Assembly: GCF_028368995.1 (NCBI RefSeq)
Contig: NZ_JAQNDL010000004.1
Coordinates: 576,001-640,000 of the forward strand
Reading direction: 5' to 3'
Length of the DNA: 64,000 nt
Origin: Nannocystis bainbridge
Lineage (GTDB): Bacteria > Myxococcota_A > Polyangia > Nannocystales > Nannocystaceae
Made by a program: the position numbers and the translations under genes. The notes under the pieces were generated by a model. It searched no databases. It saw only the letters and a list, made by a program, of their open reading frames with translations, and had not been told where the DNA came from. Every line of letters starts with the position of its first letter. Position 1 is the first letter of the stretch. Positions 41,034 to 50,847 of this stretch are shown piece after piece.

Positions 41034-42706
41034 TCAATCCTTCACCGAGTCGTTGAGGACGTAGCCGGTGACGGTCTGGACGCCGCCCTGGGGGTCGACG
41101 AAGGTGATGCGGCCGGTGGGGTGCTGTTGCGAGACGAAGATCTGTCGCGCAGCAGGACGGCCGCGCGCGCGCCGTCAGGGGTGAAGAGGATCGGGCCGGG
41201 GTGGGCCTCGGTGTTCTGCCGCTTGAGCAGGGGGAAGGCGGGGGTGAGGTCGAACAGGCTGTAAGACCAGCGGTCGTCGGTCAGCACCGGGTGGCCGTCG
41301 TGGACGAGGATGGCGTTGCGGCTGTCGGGAGCGATGCCGACGCTGATGATCGGGACCTCGACGAACAGGGTGACGAGGTCCCAGGCGTCGCCGTCGCGCC
41401 GCGCGAGGGTGATGCGCTGGCGCGGGTCGGGCCACGGGCCGTCATCGCCGGTGGTGCCGCTGGTGGTGGTGCCGGTGGTGGTCGAGTCGTCGCCGGTGGT
41501 GCCGCTGGTGGTCGAGTCGTCGCCGGTGGTCGAGGAGGAGGAGGACGACGTGGAAAGGTAGACGGCGTGGTCGTCGAACAGCGGGAGGTCGGCGGTCGGG
41601 GCCTCGGTCAGCGCGAACGGGTTGACGGTGGTGTAGAGCAGCATGGTGTCGCCGTCGGCGGCCAGGCTGGCGAGGCCGACGTACTCGCCGGGGACCTCGT
41701 GCTCGACGAACTCACCGGGGCCGAGCGGGAGCGGGACCTCTAGGAAGCGGCTGCCGCCGGAGCTCGGGAGGGTGAGCACGGCGAACTCACCGGAGGCGGC
41801 GACGTCGAGGTCGGTGGGGACGCCGGGCAGGTCGAGCACGGTGAGCTCGCCGCCGGGCAGCTGCGTGACCGCGAGCCACGGCTCGCCGTCGACGCGCGCG
41901 AGGGCGATGCCGAGGCCGGCGACGATCTGGACCTCGAGCGTGGCGGGGTCGATGCCGGGATCCTTGACGACGGGCAACAGCGGCGGCTTGCCGACGGCGC
42001 CGAGGCTGGCGAAGGCGATGACGTTGACGCCGGCGGCAGTGATGACGTAGGCGGCGCTCTCGTCGGGGGCGAACACGACCTCGCGCGGGTGAGCGCCGAC
42101 GGTCATCTCGTAGGACTTGCCGGCGGCGACGTCGAGCACGGACAGCTCCTGGTCGCTGCCGGCGCCGAGCTGCTCGGGGCCGTCGACGTCGTGGTAGACG
42201 AACACGTAGTTGCCACCCGGCGAGACGGCGAGGTTGTTGGCGCCGGGGGTGACCTTGTGGATGACGACGCTGGTGGCGCCGGCCTCGCTGGTGCGCAGGA
42301 CGGCGACGTCGTTGCTGCCCTGATCGAGGACGACGACGCTGCCGGCGTCGCCGGGCTGGCCGGGGATCGGTTCGACGACGGTGGGGCCCTGGCCGACCTC
42401 GACGACGTCGATGACGAGGTTGGCGGTGTCGATGACGGCGACCGAGTCGGTGGTCTGACTGGCGCTGTAGACGTACTTGCCGCTGGCCCTGGGGACGCGG
42501 AAGTCGCCCTCGTCCTCGGTCTCGGGCGGTGGGTCGCCGGTGGTGGTCGGCGAGTCGCCGGTGCCGCCGCTGTTGCCCTCGGTGCCGCCGGTGCTGCCGT
42601 AGCTGGTGATGCTGTCGTAGTAGCCGGACGCGTTGCCGCCGTCGTCGCCGCAGGCGGCGAGGAGGCTGAGACAGACGGGCCACATCGATACGGGGTGCCG
42701 GGGCAT
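41034..42706 (-). pseudogene. Beta-propeller (YncE-like) lipoprotein paralogue with a frameshifting deletion near the 3' end
   Basis: Close paralogue of 42842-44467; after LLRD the frame shifts at 41143/41144; the true C-terminus IFVSQQHPTGRITF...VLNDSVKD* lies in another frame ending at 41034. Confidence 0.8.
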
Positions 42707-42841
42707 CGGAGGATCTCCAGAGGTGCGAGGCGGCGCGGGGGCGCGGCGCTCGTGGACGGAGTAACCGCGGGCCGCAGAAAAATTGCGGGCGACGAAACCC
42801 GCCGCGCGCACGGGCGGGCGGGCGCGCTCGGCCGCGCGGCG

Positions 42842-44467
42842 TCAGTCTTTGACCGAGTCGTTGAGGACGTAGCCGGTGACGGTCTGGACGTCGCCGTCGG
42901 GGCCGATGAAGGTGATCCGGCCGGTCGGGTGGGCCTGCGAGACGAAGACCTTTTGCGTCGAGTCGACGTAGCCGGCGCCCTCGGGCGGTGAGCCGAGCAG
43001 CAGCGGCTTGACGATGAAGTTGTCGAGGTTGACGAGGTCGACCTTGCGCACGGCGGTGGCGTCGTCGCGCAGGAGGACGGCGGCGCGGTCGCCCTCGGGG
43101 GTGAAGAGGATCGGGCCGGGCGGGGCGAGGGTGGTCTGCCGCTTGAGCAGCGGGTAGGCGGGGGTGAGGTCGAACAGGCTGTACGACCAGGCGGCCGGCT
43201 GGGCGGCGGGATCGAGGTCGTGGACGAGGATCGCGCTGCGGCTGTCGGGCGCGAGGCCGGCGCTGACGAGCGGGACCTCGACGAACAGGGTGACGAGGTC
43301 CCAGGCGTCGCCGTCGCGGCGGGCGAGGGTGATGCGCTGGCGCGGGTCGGGCTGCGGGCTGTCGGCGGGGAACGGGTCGACGGTGGCGTAGAGCAGGAGG
43401 GTGTCGCCGCTGCCGGCGACGCTGGCGAGGCCGACGTACTCGCCGGGGACGTCGTGGGCGACGAACTCGCCGGGGCCGAGCGGGAGCGGGACCTCGAGGA
43501 AGCGGCTGCCGCCGGCCTCGGGGAGGGTGAGGACGGCGAAATCACCGGTGGGGGCGACGTCGAGGTCGGTGGGGACGCCGGGCAGGTCGAGCACGGTGAG
43601 CTCGCCGCCGGGCAGCTGCGTGATCGCCAGCCAGGGCTCGCCGTCGACGCGCGCGAGGGCGAGGCGCTCGGCAGCGACGATCTGGACCTCGACGCGGGCC
43701 GGGTCGACGCCGGGATCCTTGACGACGGGCAAGAGCGGCGGCTTGCCGACTTCGCCGAGCGCGGCGAACGAGATGACGTTGACGCCGGCGGCGGTGACGA
43801 TCCAGGCGGTGGTCTCGTCGGGGGCGAACACGACGTCGCGCGGGTGGGCGCCGACGGTCATGCGGTGGGTGAGGCCGGCGGCGACGTCGAGCACGGTGAG
43901 CTCCTGGTCGCTGCCGGGGCCCTGCTGCTCGGGGCCGTCGACGTCGTGGTAGACGAACACGTAGTTGCCGCCGGGCGAGACGGCGAGGTTGTTGGCGCCG
44001 GGGGTGACCTTGTGGATCTCGACGGTGGTGCCGCCGGTCTGGCCGGTGCGGAGGATTGCGATGTCGTTGCTGCCCTGGTCGAGCACGACGACGCTGCCAG
44101 CGTCGCCGGGCTGGCCGGGGATCGGCTCGACGACGGTGGGGCCCTGGCCGACCTCGACGACGTCGATGGCGAGGTTGGCGGTGTCGATGACGGCGACCGA
44201 GTCGGTCGACTCGCTGGCGCTGTAGACGTATTTGCCGCTGGCTTTGGGGACGCGGAAGTCGCCGTCGTCCTCGGTCTCGGGCGGGGGCGGCTCGCCAGCG
44301 CCGGTGCCGGTGCCGTCGGTGCCGTCGGTGCCGAGGCCGTTGCTGTCACCGCTGTCCCAACCACCCTCGGTGTCGCCGCCGCCGTAGCTGCCGCTGTCCA
44401 TGGCACAGCCGGCGAGCGATACGACGAGACACAGGGGCAACGTCCACGCGAATCGCAGAGGCGTCAT
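42842..44467 (-). CDS. Beta-propeller (YncE/YVTN-like) lipoprotein
   Basis: Lipobox VSLAGC, GGAG RBS, DSVAVIDT, VGQGPT, LAVSPGG, VGAHPRDVVFAPD. Confidence 0.82.
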   Translation of the reverse strand: MTPLRFAWTLPLCLVVSLAGCAMDSGSYGGGDTEGGWDSGDSNGLGTDGTDGTGTGAGEPPPPETEDDGDFRVPKASGKYVYSASESTDSVAVIDTANLAIDVVEVGQGPTVVEPIPGQPGDAGSVVVLDQGSNDIAILRTGQTGGTTVEIHKVTPGANNLAVSPGGNYVFVYHDVDGPEQQGPGSDQELTVLDVAAGLTHRMTVGAHPRDVVFAPDETTAWIVTAAGVNVISFAALGEVGKPPLLPVVKDPGVDPARVEVQIVAAERLALARVDGEPWLAITQLPGGELTVLDLPGVPTDLDVAPTGDFAVLTLPEAGGSRFLEVPLPLGPGEFVAHDVPGEYVGLASVAGSGDTLLLYATVDPFPADSPQPDPRQRITLARRDGDAWDLVTLFVEVPLVSAGLAPDSRSAILVHDLDPAAQPAAWSYSLFDLTPAYPLLKRQTTLAPPGPILFTPEGDRAAVLLRDDATAVRKVDLVNLDNFIVKPLLLGSPPEGAGYVDSTQKVFVSQAHPTGRITFIGPDGDVQTVTGYVLNDSVKD

Positions 44468-44690
44468 CAGAGGCTCCAATGGTTCAAGTCAGTCAAGGCA
44501 AGGAGAAGGAGCCTCGATGCTAGCCCGCGGTCCGGGAGGCAGCAAGAGGGGCCGCCAGCGCGGGCTAGCATCGAGGCTGAACGGCGGACGGCGGTAAGGC
44601 GGCCGGGGCTTGCGCCATGAACGGGCGGACGCAACGCTTTCGCGGACGGGGGACGGGCGGGCGAGCGGGGCTCGGCGGCGCGGGACGTGA

Positions 44691-44935
44691 GCGGATGTCC
44701 CGGAAGACATGTCGCCGCGGACGGGCGTGAGCGAATGTCCCGGAGGCGCGGCGTCGTCGGGTGGGAGCGGCTGGCCGAGAGAGTCTGTCCCGGAGGACAT
44801 GTAGAATCGGGCAGGTCTTATCGTTGTCCTGGAGGACATGTCGCCCGGGGCGACATGGAATGTCCCGGAGGGCATGTCGCGGGGGACATGCCTTGAAGAA
44901 CATGTCCTCGGAGGCATGCTCCGAGGGGCAGGCTC
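44691..44935. repeat. Largest tile cluster (several phased sub-arrays)
   Basis: Cores at 44691/44705; 44767-44809; 44820/44834; and a six-core run at 44856, 44870, 44884, 44898, 44912, 44926. Confidence 0.92.
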
Positions 44936-46832
44936 AGCGCTCGGCGAGCACGACCACGCGGTCGCCGGCGGCGAGGCGGATCCGGGCCGACTTGCGCGGG
45001 TTGAGGGCGACGCCGTAGGCCTGCTCGGGGTCGTGGGCGCGGGCGGCGAGGCGGTAGCCGAGGGCGATCTCGCCGCGGCGGGCGGCGGCCTCGACGACGG
45101 CGTAGAAGTCGATGTCGGCGCCGGGCTGGACGTAGTCGCGGGCCGGCTTGAGGTAGATCTCGTGGCCCTCGGGCGACAGCAGGTCGTCGAGCACGGCGGC
45201 CATGCGCCGGTTCTCGCTGACCTGCGAGACGACCAGGGAGACGAGGGTGTTGCTGATGATGAAGTCGTCGGCCTCGGTGACGGCCGCGAGGTCGCGGTTC
45301 TGGCCGTCGAGCATCTCGCTGGTGATCGGGACCGTCTTGCCCTGGCGGCGCAGGATGTCGCGCAGGTGCAGGAGGGTGATCATGGTCCGCGAGTCGGTCA
45401 TCTCCTGGGTGCGGCCCTCGGTCTCGGCGAGCACGAGGATGTTGTCGAAGCCGCCGACGTCGAGGCCGTCGAGGACGGCGCGGTCGGTGACGTCGCCGAC
45501 GCGCACGGTGACGGCGGTGTGCTGCAGGGCGTCGCCGCCGAGCCGGCTCTCGAGGTGGCGGGCCTCGCCGACGACGAGCACGGTCGAGCCGGGGGCGACG
45601 TAGGCGTCGAGCTCGCGCAGGACCAGCGGCAAGAGCTGGCTCTCGCCGAGCACGAGGGTCTTCTCGGGGCGCTGGTCGGCGTGCGGGTGCAGCGGGGCGA
45701 GGTCGGCGTCGGCGACCGCGGTCGGCCGGCCGTTGGCGATCACGGTGTCGTCGTCGCGGCTGATGGCGATGACCTGATCGCCGGCCTCGAACCGGCGGTC
45801 GAACGGCGGCGGCATCAGCCGCTCGCCCGCGGCGGTGTAGACGCCGACGAGGGCGCTGTCCTCGTAGGCGAACAGGCCCTCGCGGAAGGTCTTGCCGACC
45901 AGCAGCGGCTGGCTCTGGATGTAGAGCTCGTCGCCGCTGAACGACAGCAGCTCGGTGTAGACGACGGACAGGCCCGACTGGCGGCCGGTCTGCACCAGCA
46001 CGCGGCTGACGAGCGGAGGGGTGAGGATGAGGCCGGCGGCGTCGCCGACGACCATGCGCGCGACCGAGAGGGTCTTGTCGCTCTTGATCTCGGCGACCAC
46101 GTGCGGCGGCTTGCCGGCCTTGTCGCCGGCCTTGGCGACGGCGAGCAAGGTCTTGAGGACGACGGTGTCGGCCTCGGGCCCGTCGGGCGACATGACGATG
46201 ACGGAGCGCGCCTCGCCGAGGTTGACGAGGTCGAGGTCGCGGCGCACGAGCGGGCTGCCGGTGCGGGTGACGACGCGCATCGAGAGGTCGCCGAGCACGC
46301 TCCGGACCTCGTCGTCCATGGCGACCTTGTCGTGGTCGGCGAGGATGACGACGGAGGCGCCGGGGCGGTTGGCGTTGGCCTCGGCGAGCTCGGTGAGGAG
46401 GGCGTGGATCTTGCCGGTCCAGCCGAGGATGACGGTGTGGTCGCGCTCGATGACGACGCTCCGACCCTTGCGCAGGCGGTCGAGGATCTGGGCGAAGCCG
46501 CCGGAGAGGACGCCGATCAGGGCGGAGAACACGAAGATGCCGCCGAACGAGACGGCGAGCATGACGAACAGGAAGCTCCACGAGCCGACGTCGCCGCCGA
46601 CGGCCCCGGGGTCGATGGCGTGCATCAGCCCGAGCCAGACGAGCCGCCCGAACGAGACCGGCTCGCCGTCGTGACCCTGGGGGCTCAAACCGGTGAGGGT
46701 GAGCAGGGTCGAGGTGACGAGGATCAGGACGAGGGTGACGATCGCCAGCATGGCGATCTGCGAGCCGACCCCGCGCGCCATGGCGTTGTCGAAGCGATAG
46801 CGCAGCCTCTGCCTCAAGGTCGCGGATGGCAC
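44934..46832 (-). CDS. CASTOR/POLLUX (DMI1)-related cation channel
   Basis: RLRYRFDN N-terminus, pore IDPGAVGGD, LRKGRSVVIE-HTVILGW, RQSGLSVVYTELLSFSGDELY, two RCK-like domains; GTG start estimated. Confidence 0.88.
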   Translation of the reverse strand: MPSATLRQRLRYRFDNAMARGVGSQIAMLAIVTLVLILVTSTLLTLTGLSPQGHDGEPVSFGRLVWLGLMHAIDPGAVGGDVGSWSFLFVMLAVSFGGIFVFSALIGVLSGGFAQILDRLRKGRSVVIERDHTVILGWTGKIHALLTELAEANANRPGASVVILADHDKVAMDDEVRSVLGDLSMRVVTRTGSPLVRRDLDLVNLGEARSVIVMSPDGPEADTVVLKTLLAVAKAGDKAGKPPHVVAEIKSDKTLSVARMVVGDAAGLILTPPLVSRVLVQTGRQSGLSVVYTELLSFSGDELYIQSQPLLVGKTFREGLFAYEDSALVGVYTAAGERLMPPPFDRRFEAGDQVIAISRDDDTVIANGRPTAVADADLAPLHPHADQRPEKTLVLGESQLLPLVLRELDAYVAPGSTVLVVGEARHLESRLGGDALQHTAVTVRVGDVTDRAVLDGLDVGGFDNILVLAETEGRTQEMTDSRTMITLLHLRDILRRQGKTVPITSEMLDGQNRDLAAVTEADDFIISNTLVSLVVSQVSENRRMAAVLDDLLSPEGHEIYLKPARDYVQPGADIDFYAVVEAAARRGEIALGYRLAARAHDPEQAYGVALNPRKSARIRLAAGDRVVVLAER

Positions 46833-47232
46833 GTCGCGGCGCGTTCTATCACAACGGCCGGGGCAGGCCGCGGCGATAATTCCCGGGCGGCGCAGGAACG
46901 GTGATTCTGTCCACGACGACAGGCGCTCGCAGGTTGCACGGGCGCAAGACGAACCCGGAGCCAGGCCGAGAGGTTGCAGGTGCACGCCGGGGCAGCGAGG
47001 CGGCGGTCCGCCTGGGCAGAGCCGGGCGGGTCAAGGCGAACGCGGGGCCAGGCGAGGCCGGCCGAGGGGCCGCGCGCGTGAAGCCGGCAGGCCACGGTGA
47101 ACGAGGCGTGGCGGCGGCGCGAGCGAAGGGTCGGGGGCGCGCGGGCGGTCGCGCTGGCAGGAACGGCGTCGGGTCGCAGCAATCGTCTGCGCGGGCGCGC
47201 GCGGGTGGTCAGCGCCGCTTCCGCAGCCGGCG

Positions 47233-47270
47233 GTGGGTGGTCGTGGGGACATGTCCGAACGGTCATGTCG
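47233..47270. repeat. 14-bp tile cluster
   Basis: TGGTC-gtgg-GGACATGTCC-gaac-GGTCATGTCG. Confidence 0.8.
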
Positions 47271-47357
47271 TGGCATTGGTCCGGCGCGGGCGGCGAGCGA
47301 GCGGCGGGGGTGATCGGGGTCGCAATCGCGGCAGGTCCGCCGGCGCACGGTGAGAGG

Positions 47358-48101
47358 ATGCAAACCGACGCAGCTCCAGGGACGATGGCGCGGGCGACCG
47401 CGGGGATCGAGGCGGTCGAGATCAAGCAGACGGTGGCGGCGACGGGCCACGCGCGCGCGCTGGCGGTGCTGGGGCTGCGGCCGCAGGGGGCGCTGTGGCG
47501 GCGCCTGTTCTTCTACGACACGCCCGGGCTCGAGCTGCACGCGGGCGGGGTGGTGCTGCGGGCCCGCGCGACGGTCGGCGAACCGGACGACTCGACGGTG
47601 AAGATCCGCCCGGTCGACCCCGCCCGGGTCGAGCGCTGGCGCGGGACGCCAGGCTTCAAGCTCGAGGCCGACATCGTCGGCGCGGCGGTGATCCGCTCGG
47701 CGTCGCTGACGAGCCGGCAAGGCCGGACGGAGATCGAGGCGGTGGCGCGCGGCGAGCGGGCGGTCGCCAAGCTGTTCTCGCAGGCGCAGGAGGCGTTCCT
47801 GGGCGCGCTGGCGCCGTCGCCGGTGGCGCTGGCGGAGCTGCTGTCGCTCGGGCCGGTGCATGTGCGCCGCTGGCAGGTGCGCCACCCGGGGCTGCCGCAG
47901 CGGATCTGCGCAGAGGCGTGGCGCATGCCCGACGGCGGCTCGCTGCTCGAGCTGTCGATCAAGGCCGATCCGGCGGCGGCGGCCTCGGCGGCGGCGGGGT
48001 TCTCGGGGTTCCTGGCGGAGTTGGGCATCGCGGTCCGTGAGGCGCCGGAGCCGAAGACGCGCACGGCGCTGACGTCGCTGGTGGCGGCGTCGCAGCGGTG
48101 A
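47358..48101 (+). CDS. CYTH-like (triphosphate tunnel) domain protein
   Basis: VEIK, FFYDTPGLEL...VLRAR, DDSTVKIRP, LLELSIK. Confidence 0.7.
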   Translation: MQTDAAPGTMARATAGIEAVEIKQTVAATGHARALAVLGLRPQGALWRRLFFYDTPGLELHAGGVVLRARATVGEPDDSTVKIRPVDPARVERWRGTPGFKLEADIVGAAVIRSASLTSRQGRTEIEAVARGERAVAKLFSQAQEAFLGALAPSPVALAELLSLGPVHVRRWQVRHPGLPQRICAEAWRMPDGGSLLELSIKADPAAAASAAAGFSGFLAELGIAVREAPEPKTRTALTSLVAASQR

Positions 48102-48272
48102 GGTCGAGCCGGGGGCTTCCCGAGAGCGATTGGGACGGGCGCGGTGCGAAGGGGATGGCGGTCGATGGGGCCGCGCGTGAGGCCCGGGCGCCCGAGCGCG
48201 ATTGAAAAGATATGTCCCGGGAGGCGGGTGCGCTGCGAAGGGCGACGGTTTGCGCTCCCGGAGGGCGCTCGT

Positions 48273-48352
48273 AAACTTGTTCAATGGGGCATGTTACATT
48301 GGACATGTCCATTGGAGCATGTTCGATAGAACATGTCCTTTGGGGAATATCC
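48273..48352. repeat. 14-bp tile array (6 cores, AT-rich)
   Basis: Cores at 48273, 48287, 48301 (GGACATGTCC), 48315, 48329, 48343. Confidence 0.92.
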
Positions 48353-48396
48353 GATGGAGCTCATGACAAGGGGGCGGGTCCGAAGCCTCGCGGCGC

Positions 48397-49821
48397 TCAT
48401 GCGCCCGCGGTGAGGGGCGGGCCGAGGCCGTAGGTGGCGGGGTCGAGGGCGTAGCAGCCGGCGAGGATCGGGCCGCCGCGGGCCAGGCTGTCGCGGCTGG
48501 CGCGGGCGTGGGCGGCGAAGCGGCCGAGGGCCTCGAGGTCGTCGGTGGCGGCGAGGTCGGTGTGCTCGGCGACGAGCTGGAGGAGGAGCGGGAGGCAGTG
48601 CGCGCGGCCCCACCAGGCGGCGTTGAGCTCGGTGTGATCGCGGTCGAGGCTGAGGTCGACGAGGTTGGCGGAGCCGAGAGTGGCCCACGCGCCGTCGACG
48701 ATGCACAGCTTGGCGTGGGTGTAGATCTCGCGGTGGCCGTCGGCGTCGCTGCGGGCGAGCGCGGCGAGGGTGAAGCCGGGGCGCTGCGCGAGGGCGTTGA
48801 GCTGGGCGAAGGTCGGGCCGTAGCGGTGCTCGTGGGTGCGACCGTCGCGGGCGAGCGCGGCGACCTCGGCGGCGGCGCGGCCGATGGCGGCCATGGGCTC
48901 GCCCGGGACGACCATGACGACGCGGACGCCGCGACGCAGCGCGGCGTCGAGGGCGAGGAGGACGGCGTGCTGGCCGGGGTGCTGGTTCTCGATGTAGATG
49001 GTGCGCCGCGCGGCGGCGATGGCGGCGAGGTAGTGGGCGAGGATGGTGGCCTCGCCGGCGTCGCTTGCGAAATCGGGGGCGCCGACGATCGGGGTCGGGC
49101 CGCGGTAACCGTCAGGGGCGAGGGTGCGCGCGAGCTGGACCCGTACGTCGCCGCAGGCGGGCGGGAGGCGCCCGGGGTAGGCGAGCGGGCCGGCGCGCAG
49201 GTCGTCCGGCCACGGCGGGGCGTCCGGGTCCTGGCGAGCGAGGTTCCACCGCTGGACGAAGTTGTGCTCGGCGTCGGCGACGACGGGGCCCTGCAGCTCG
49301 AGGAAGGCGTCGTGCTTGTGGAGGCCGTGGTGATGGCCAGGGCGGGCGAGGGTGGAGTCGCTGAGGATCATGCCGCCGACGAAGGCGAGGGCGTCAGGCT
49401 GGCCGGCGTCGACGAGGAAGGCCTTCTGGTGGTGGCAGTGGGCGGGCTCGGCGGAGCTGTCCCAACGGGCAGCCCAGCCGGCGCGGCGGGCAGCGAGGAG
49501 CTGGCGCTCGGCGGGGCCGCCGAGGAAGACGTGACGGGTGCTCGAGAACCGCGGGTTGCGCCAGAACAGGACCCGCACGTCGAGGCCGCGGGCGTGGCAG
49601 CGATCGAGCAGGTCCCACCAGGCGAGGCCGTCAGGCAAGCGGAAATCGGGCTGGATGAAGGAGACGATGACCCACAGGCGGGTGCGGGCGGCGGCGACGG
49701 CGGCGGCGAGGCGCTCGAAGAACGGGAGGCCGTCGATCCACGGGACGACGCGGTTGCCGTCCCGCACGGGGTACGGGCCGTGATCGTCGGCGATGGCGAG
49801 CAGGCCGTCGTCCTCGTGCAC
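48397..49821 (-). CDS. Phospholipase D family protein
   Basis: Two HKD motifs (HQKAFLVD, HAKLCIVD), IYIENQ, GSANL; GTG start estimated. Confidence 0.88.
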   Translation of the reverse strand: MHEDDGLLAIADDHGPYPVRDGNRVVPWIDGLPFFERLAAAVAAARTRLWVIVSFIQPDFRLPDGLAWWDLLDRCHARGLDVRVLFWRNPRFSSTRHVFLGGPAERQLLAARRAGWAARWDSSAEPAHCHHQKAFLVDAGQPDALAFVGGMILSDSTLARPGHHHGLHKHDAFLELQGPVVADAEHNFVQRWNLARQDPDAPPWPDDLRAGPLAYPGRLPPACGDVRVQLARTLAPDGYRGPTPIVGAPDFASDAGEATILAHYLAAIAAARRTIYIENQHPGQHAVLLALDAALRRGVRVVMVVPGEPMAAIGRAAAEVAALARDGRTHEHRYGPTFAQLNALAQRPGFTLAALARSDADGHREIYTHAKLCIVDGAWATLGSANLVDLSLDRDHTELNAAWWGRAHCLPLLLQLVAEHTDLAATDDLEALGRFAAHARASRDSLARGGPILAGCYALDPATYGLGPPLTAGA

Positions 49822-49875
49822 GCGCCCCAGGATGCCCGGGCGCGCGGGCGCTGTCGAGTCGAGGGGGCGGCGCGA

Positions 49876-50003
49876 GGGCGCGCCGGAGATCGTAACATGT
49901 CGCGAGGGACATGTCCTCGGGGACATGCGATCAGGGGCGCGCCGGAGATCGGTACATGTCGCGAGGGACATGTCGCGAGGGACATGTCCTCGGGGTCATG
50001 CGC
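49876..50003. repeat. Duplicated tile arrays (59-bp unit duplication)
   Basis: GGGCGCGCCGGAGATCG..ACATGTCGCGAGGGACATGTC twice; cores 49893/49907/49921 and 49952/49966/49980/49994. Confidence 0.92.
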
Positions 50004-50018
50004 GCAGGGGCGGTCGGC

Positions 50019-50804
50019 TCAGGGGGTGCTGACCTCGACGTCGAGGCAGAAGTGGGCCGAGCGCGAGTCGTACCAGTCGCGCAGGTTGGTCAGCGGGGTG
50101 TCGCAGTGGTCGCCGGGATCGTCGATGGCGACCAGGCCGTCGCCGGGGGCGTCGCCCATGTGATCGGCGTGGAGGACGAGGGTCGAGGTCGAGCCGCCGC
50201 CGGTGATCCGCAGGCAGAAGTGCTGGGTGTCCAAAAGGACAGGTGGGTCGAGCTCGAAGTCGCGGTAGTCCATGCCGCCGTCGATGGTGCCGAGCTCGCG
50301 GGTGTCGAGCACGGCGAGCACGGGGGCGTGGTTGCCGGGGTCGTAGGGGAGGACGTCGAGGACGGCCGACGGCTCGCCGACGGCGAAGCGGACCTCGAAG
50401 CCTAACCGGGTGAGCTGCAGCGGCGGCGGGGCGGGGGCGGTGAAGCACTCGACGGCCTCGATCTTGGCCGAGACGGGGTCGCCGCCGCTCATGCAGAAGG
50501 GGCCGTCGATGCAGCGCGCGGGATCGTAGGGGCGCAGGGTGGTGGGCTCGAGCGGACCGGTGGTGGGCTCGGCGGTGGTGCTCGAGCTGGTGGTCGTCGA
50601 GGTGGTGGAAGAGACGGCGGCGGTGGTGGTGGAGTCGTCGCTGGTCGCCGCGGGGCCGGTGGTCGGCAGGCCGGTGGTGGTGGTGCCGCCGGTGGTGGTG
50701 GTCGTCGCGGCGCCGCCCTCGGTGGTCGCGCCGTCGTAGCTCGGGTTCGGGCGCAGGCACCCGCCGAGGACGAGGACGAACAGGTGGGCGAACCGAGGCC
50801 TCAC
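50019..50804 (-). CDS. Hypothetical lipoprotein with Thr-rich linker
   Basis: Lipobox LVLGGC followed by LRPNPSYD, Thr-rich linker, Cys-containing C-terminal domain. Confidence 0.7.
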   Translation of the reverse strand: MRPRFAHLFVLVLGGCLRPNPSYDGATTEGGAATTTTTGGTTTTGLPTTGPAATSDDSTTTAAVSSTTSTTTSSSTTAEPTTGPLEPTTLRPYDPARCIDGPFCMSGGDPVSAKIEAVECFTAPAPPPLQLTRLGFEVRFAVGEPSAVLDVLPYDPGNHAPVLAVLDTRELGTIDGGMDYRDFELDPPVLLDTQHFCLRITGGGSTSTLVLHADHMGDAPGDGLVAIDDPGDHCDTPLTNLRDWYDSRSAHFCLDVEVSTP

Positions 50805-50847
50805 GCGCAGACTGTATCGCCTCGGGCGAGCGAACGCCATCCGGCGC

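Noticed and set aside
41143-41144. Estimated deletion length of 112 bp equals 8 x 14
   Set aside because: The length is inferred from a paralogue and no tiles lie in the corresponding paralogue segment; likely coincidence.
44489-45018. Short ORFs rich in TCP/DMS/GHV peptides near arrays, and N-terminal extensions starting at array ATGs
   Set aside because: These are translations of the CATG-containing DNA tile, not real proteins or starts.
48273-48352. GGACATGTCC matches the eukaryotic p53 half-site RRRCWWGYYY
   Set aside because: No p53-like protein is evident, and array ends plus isolated sites point to TGTCC-N4-GGACA as the unit; treated as coincidence.
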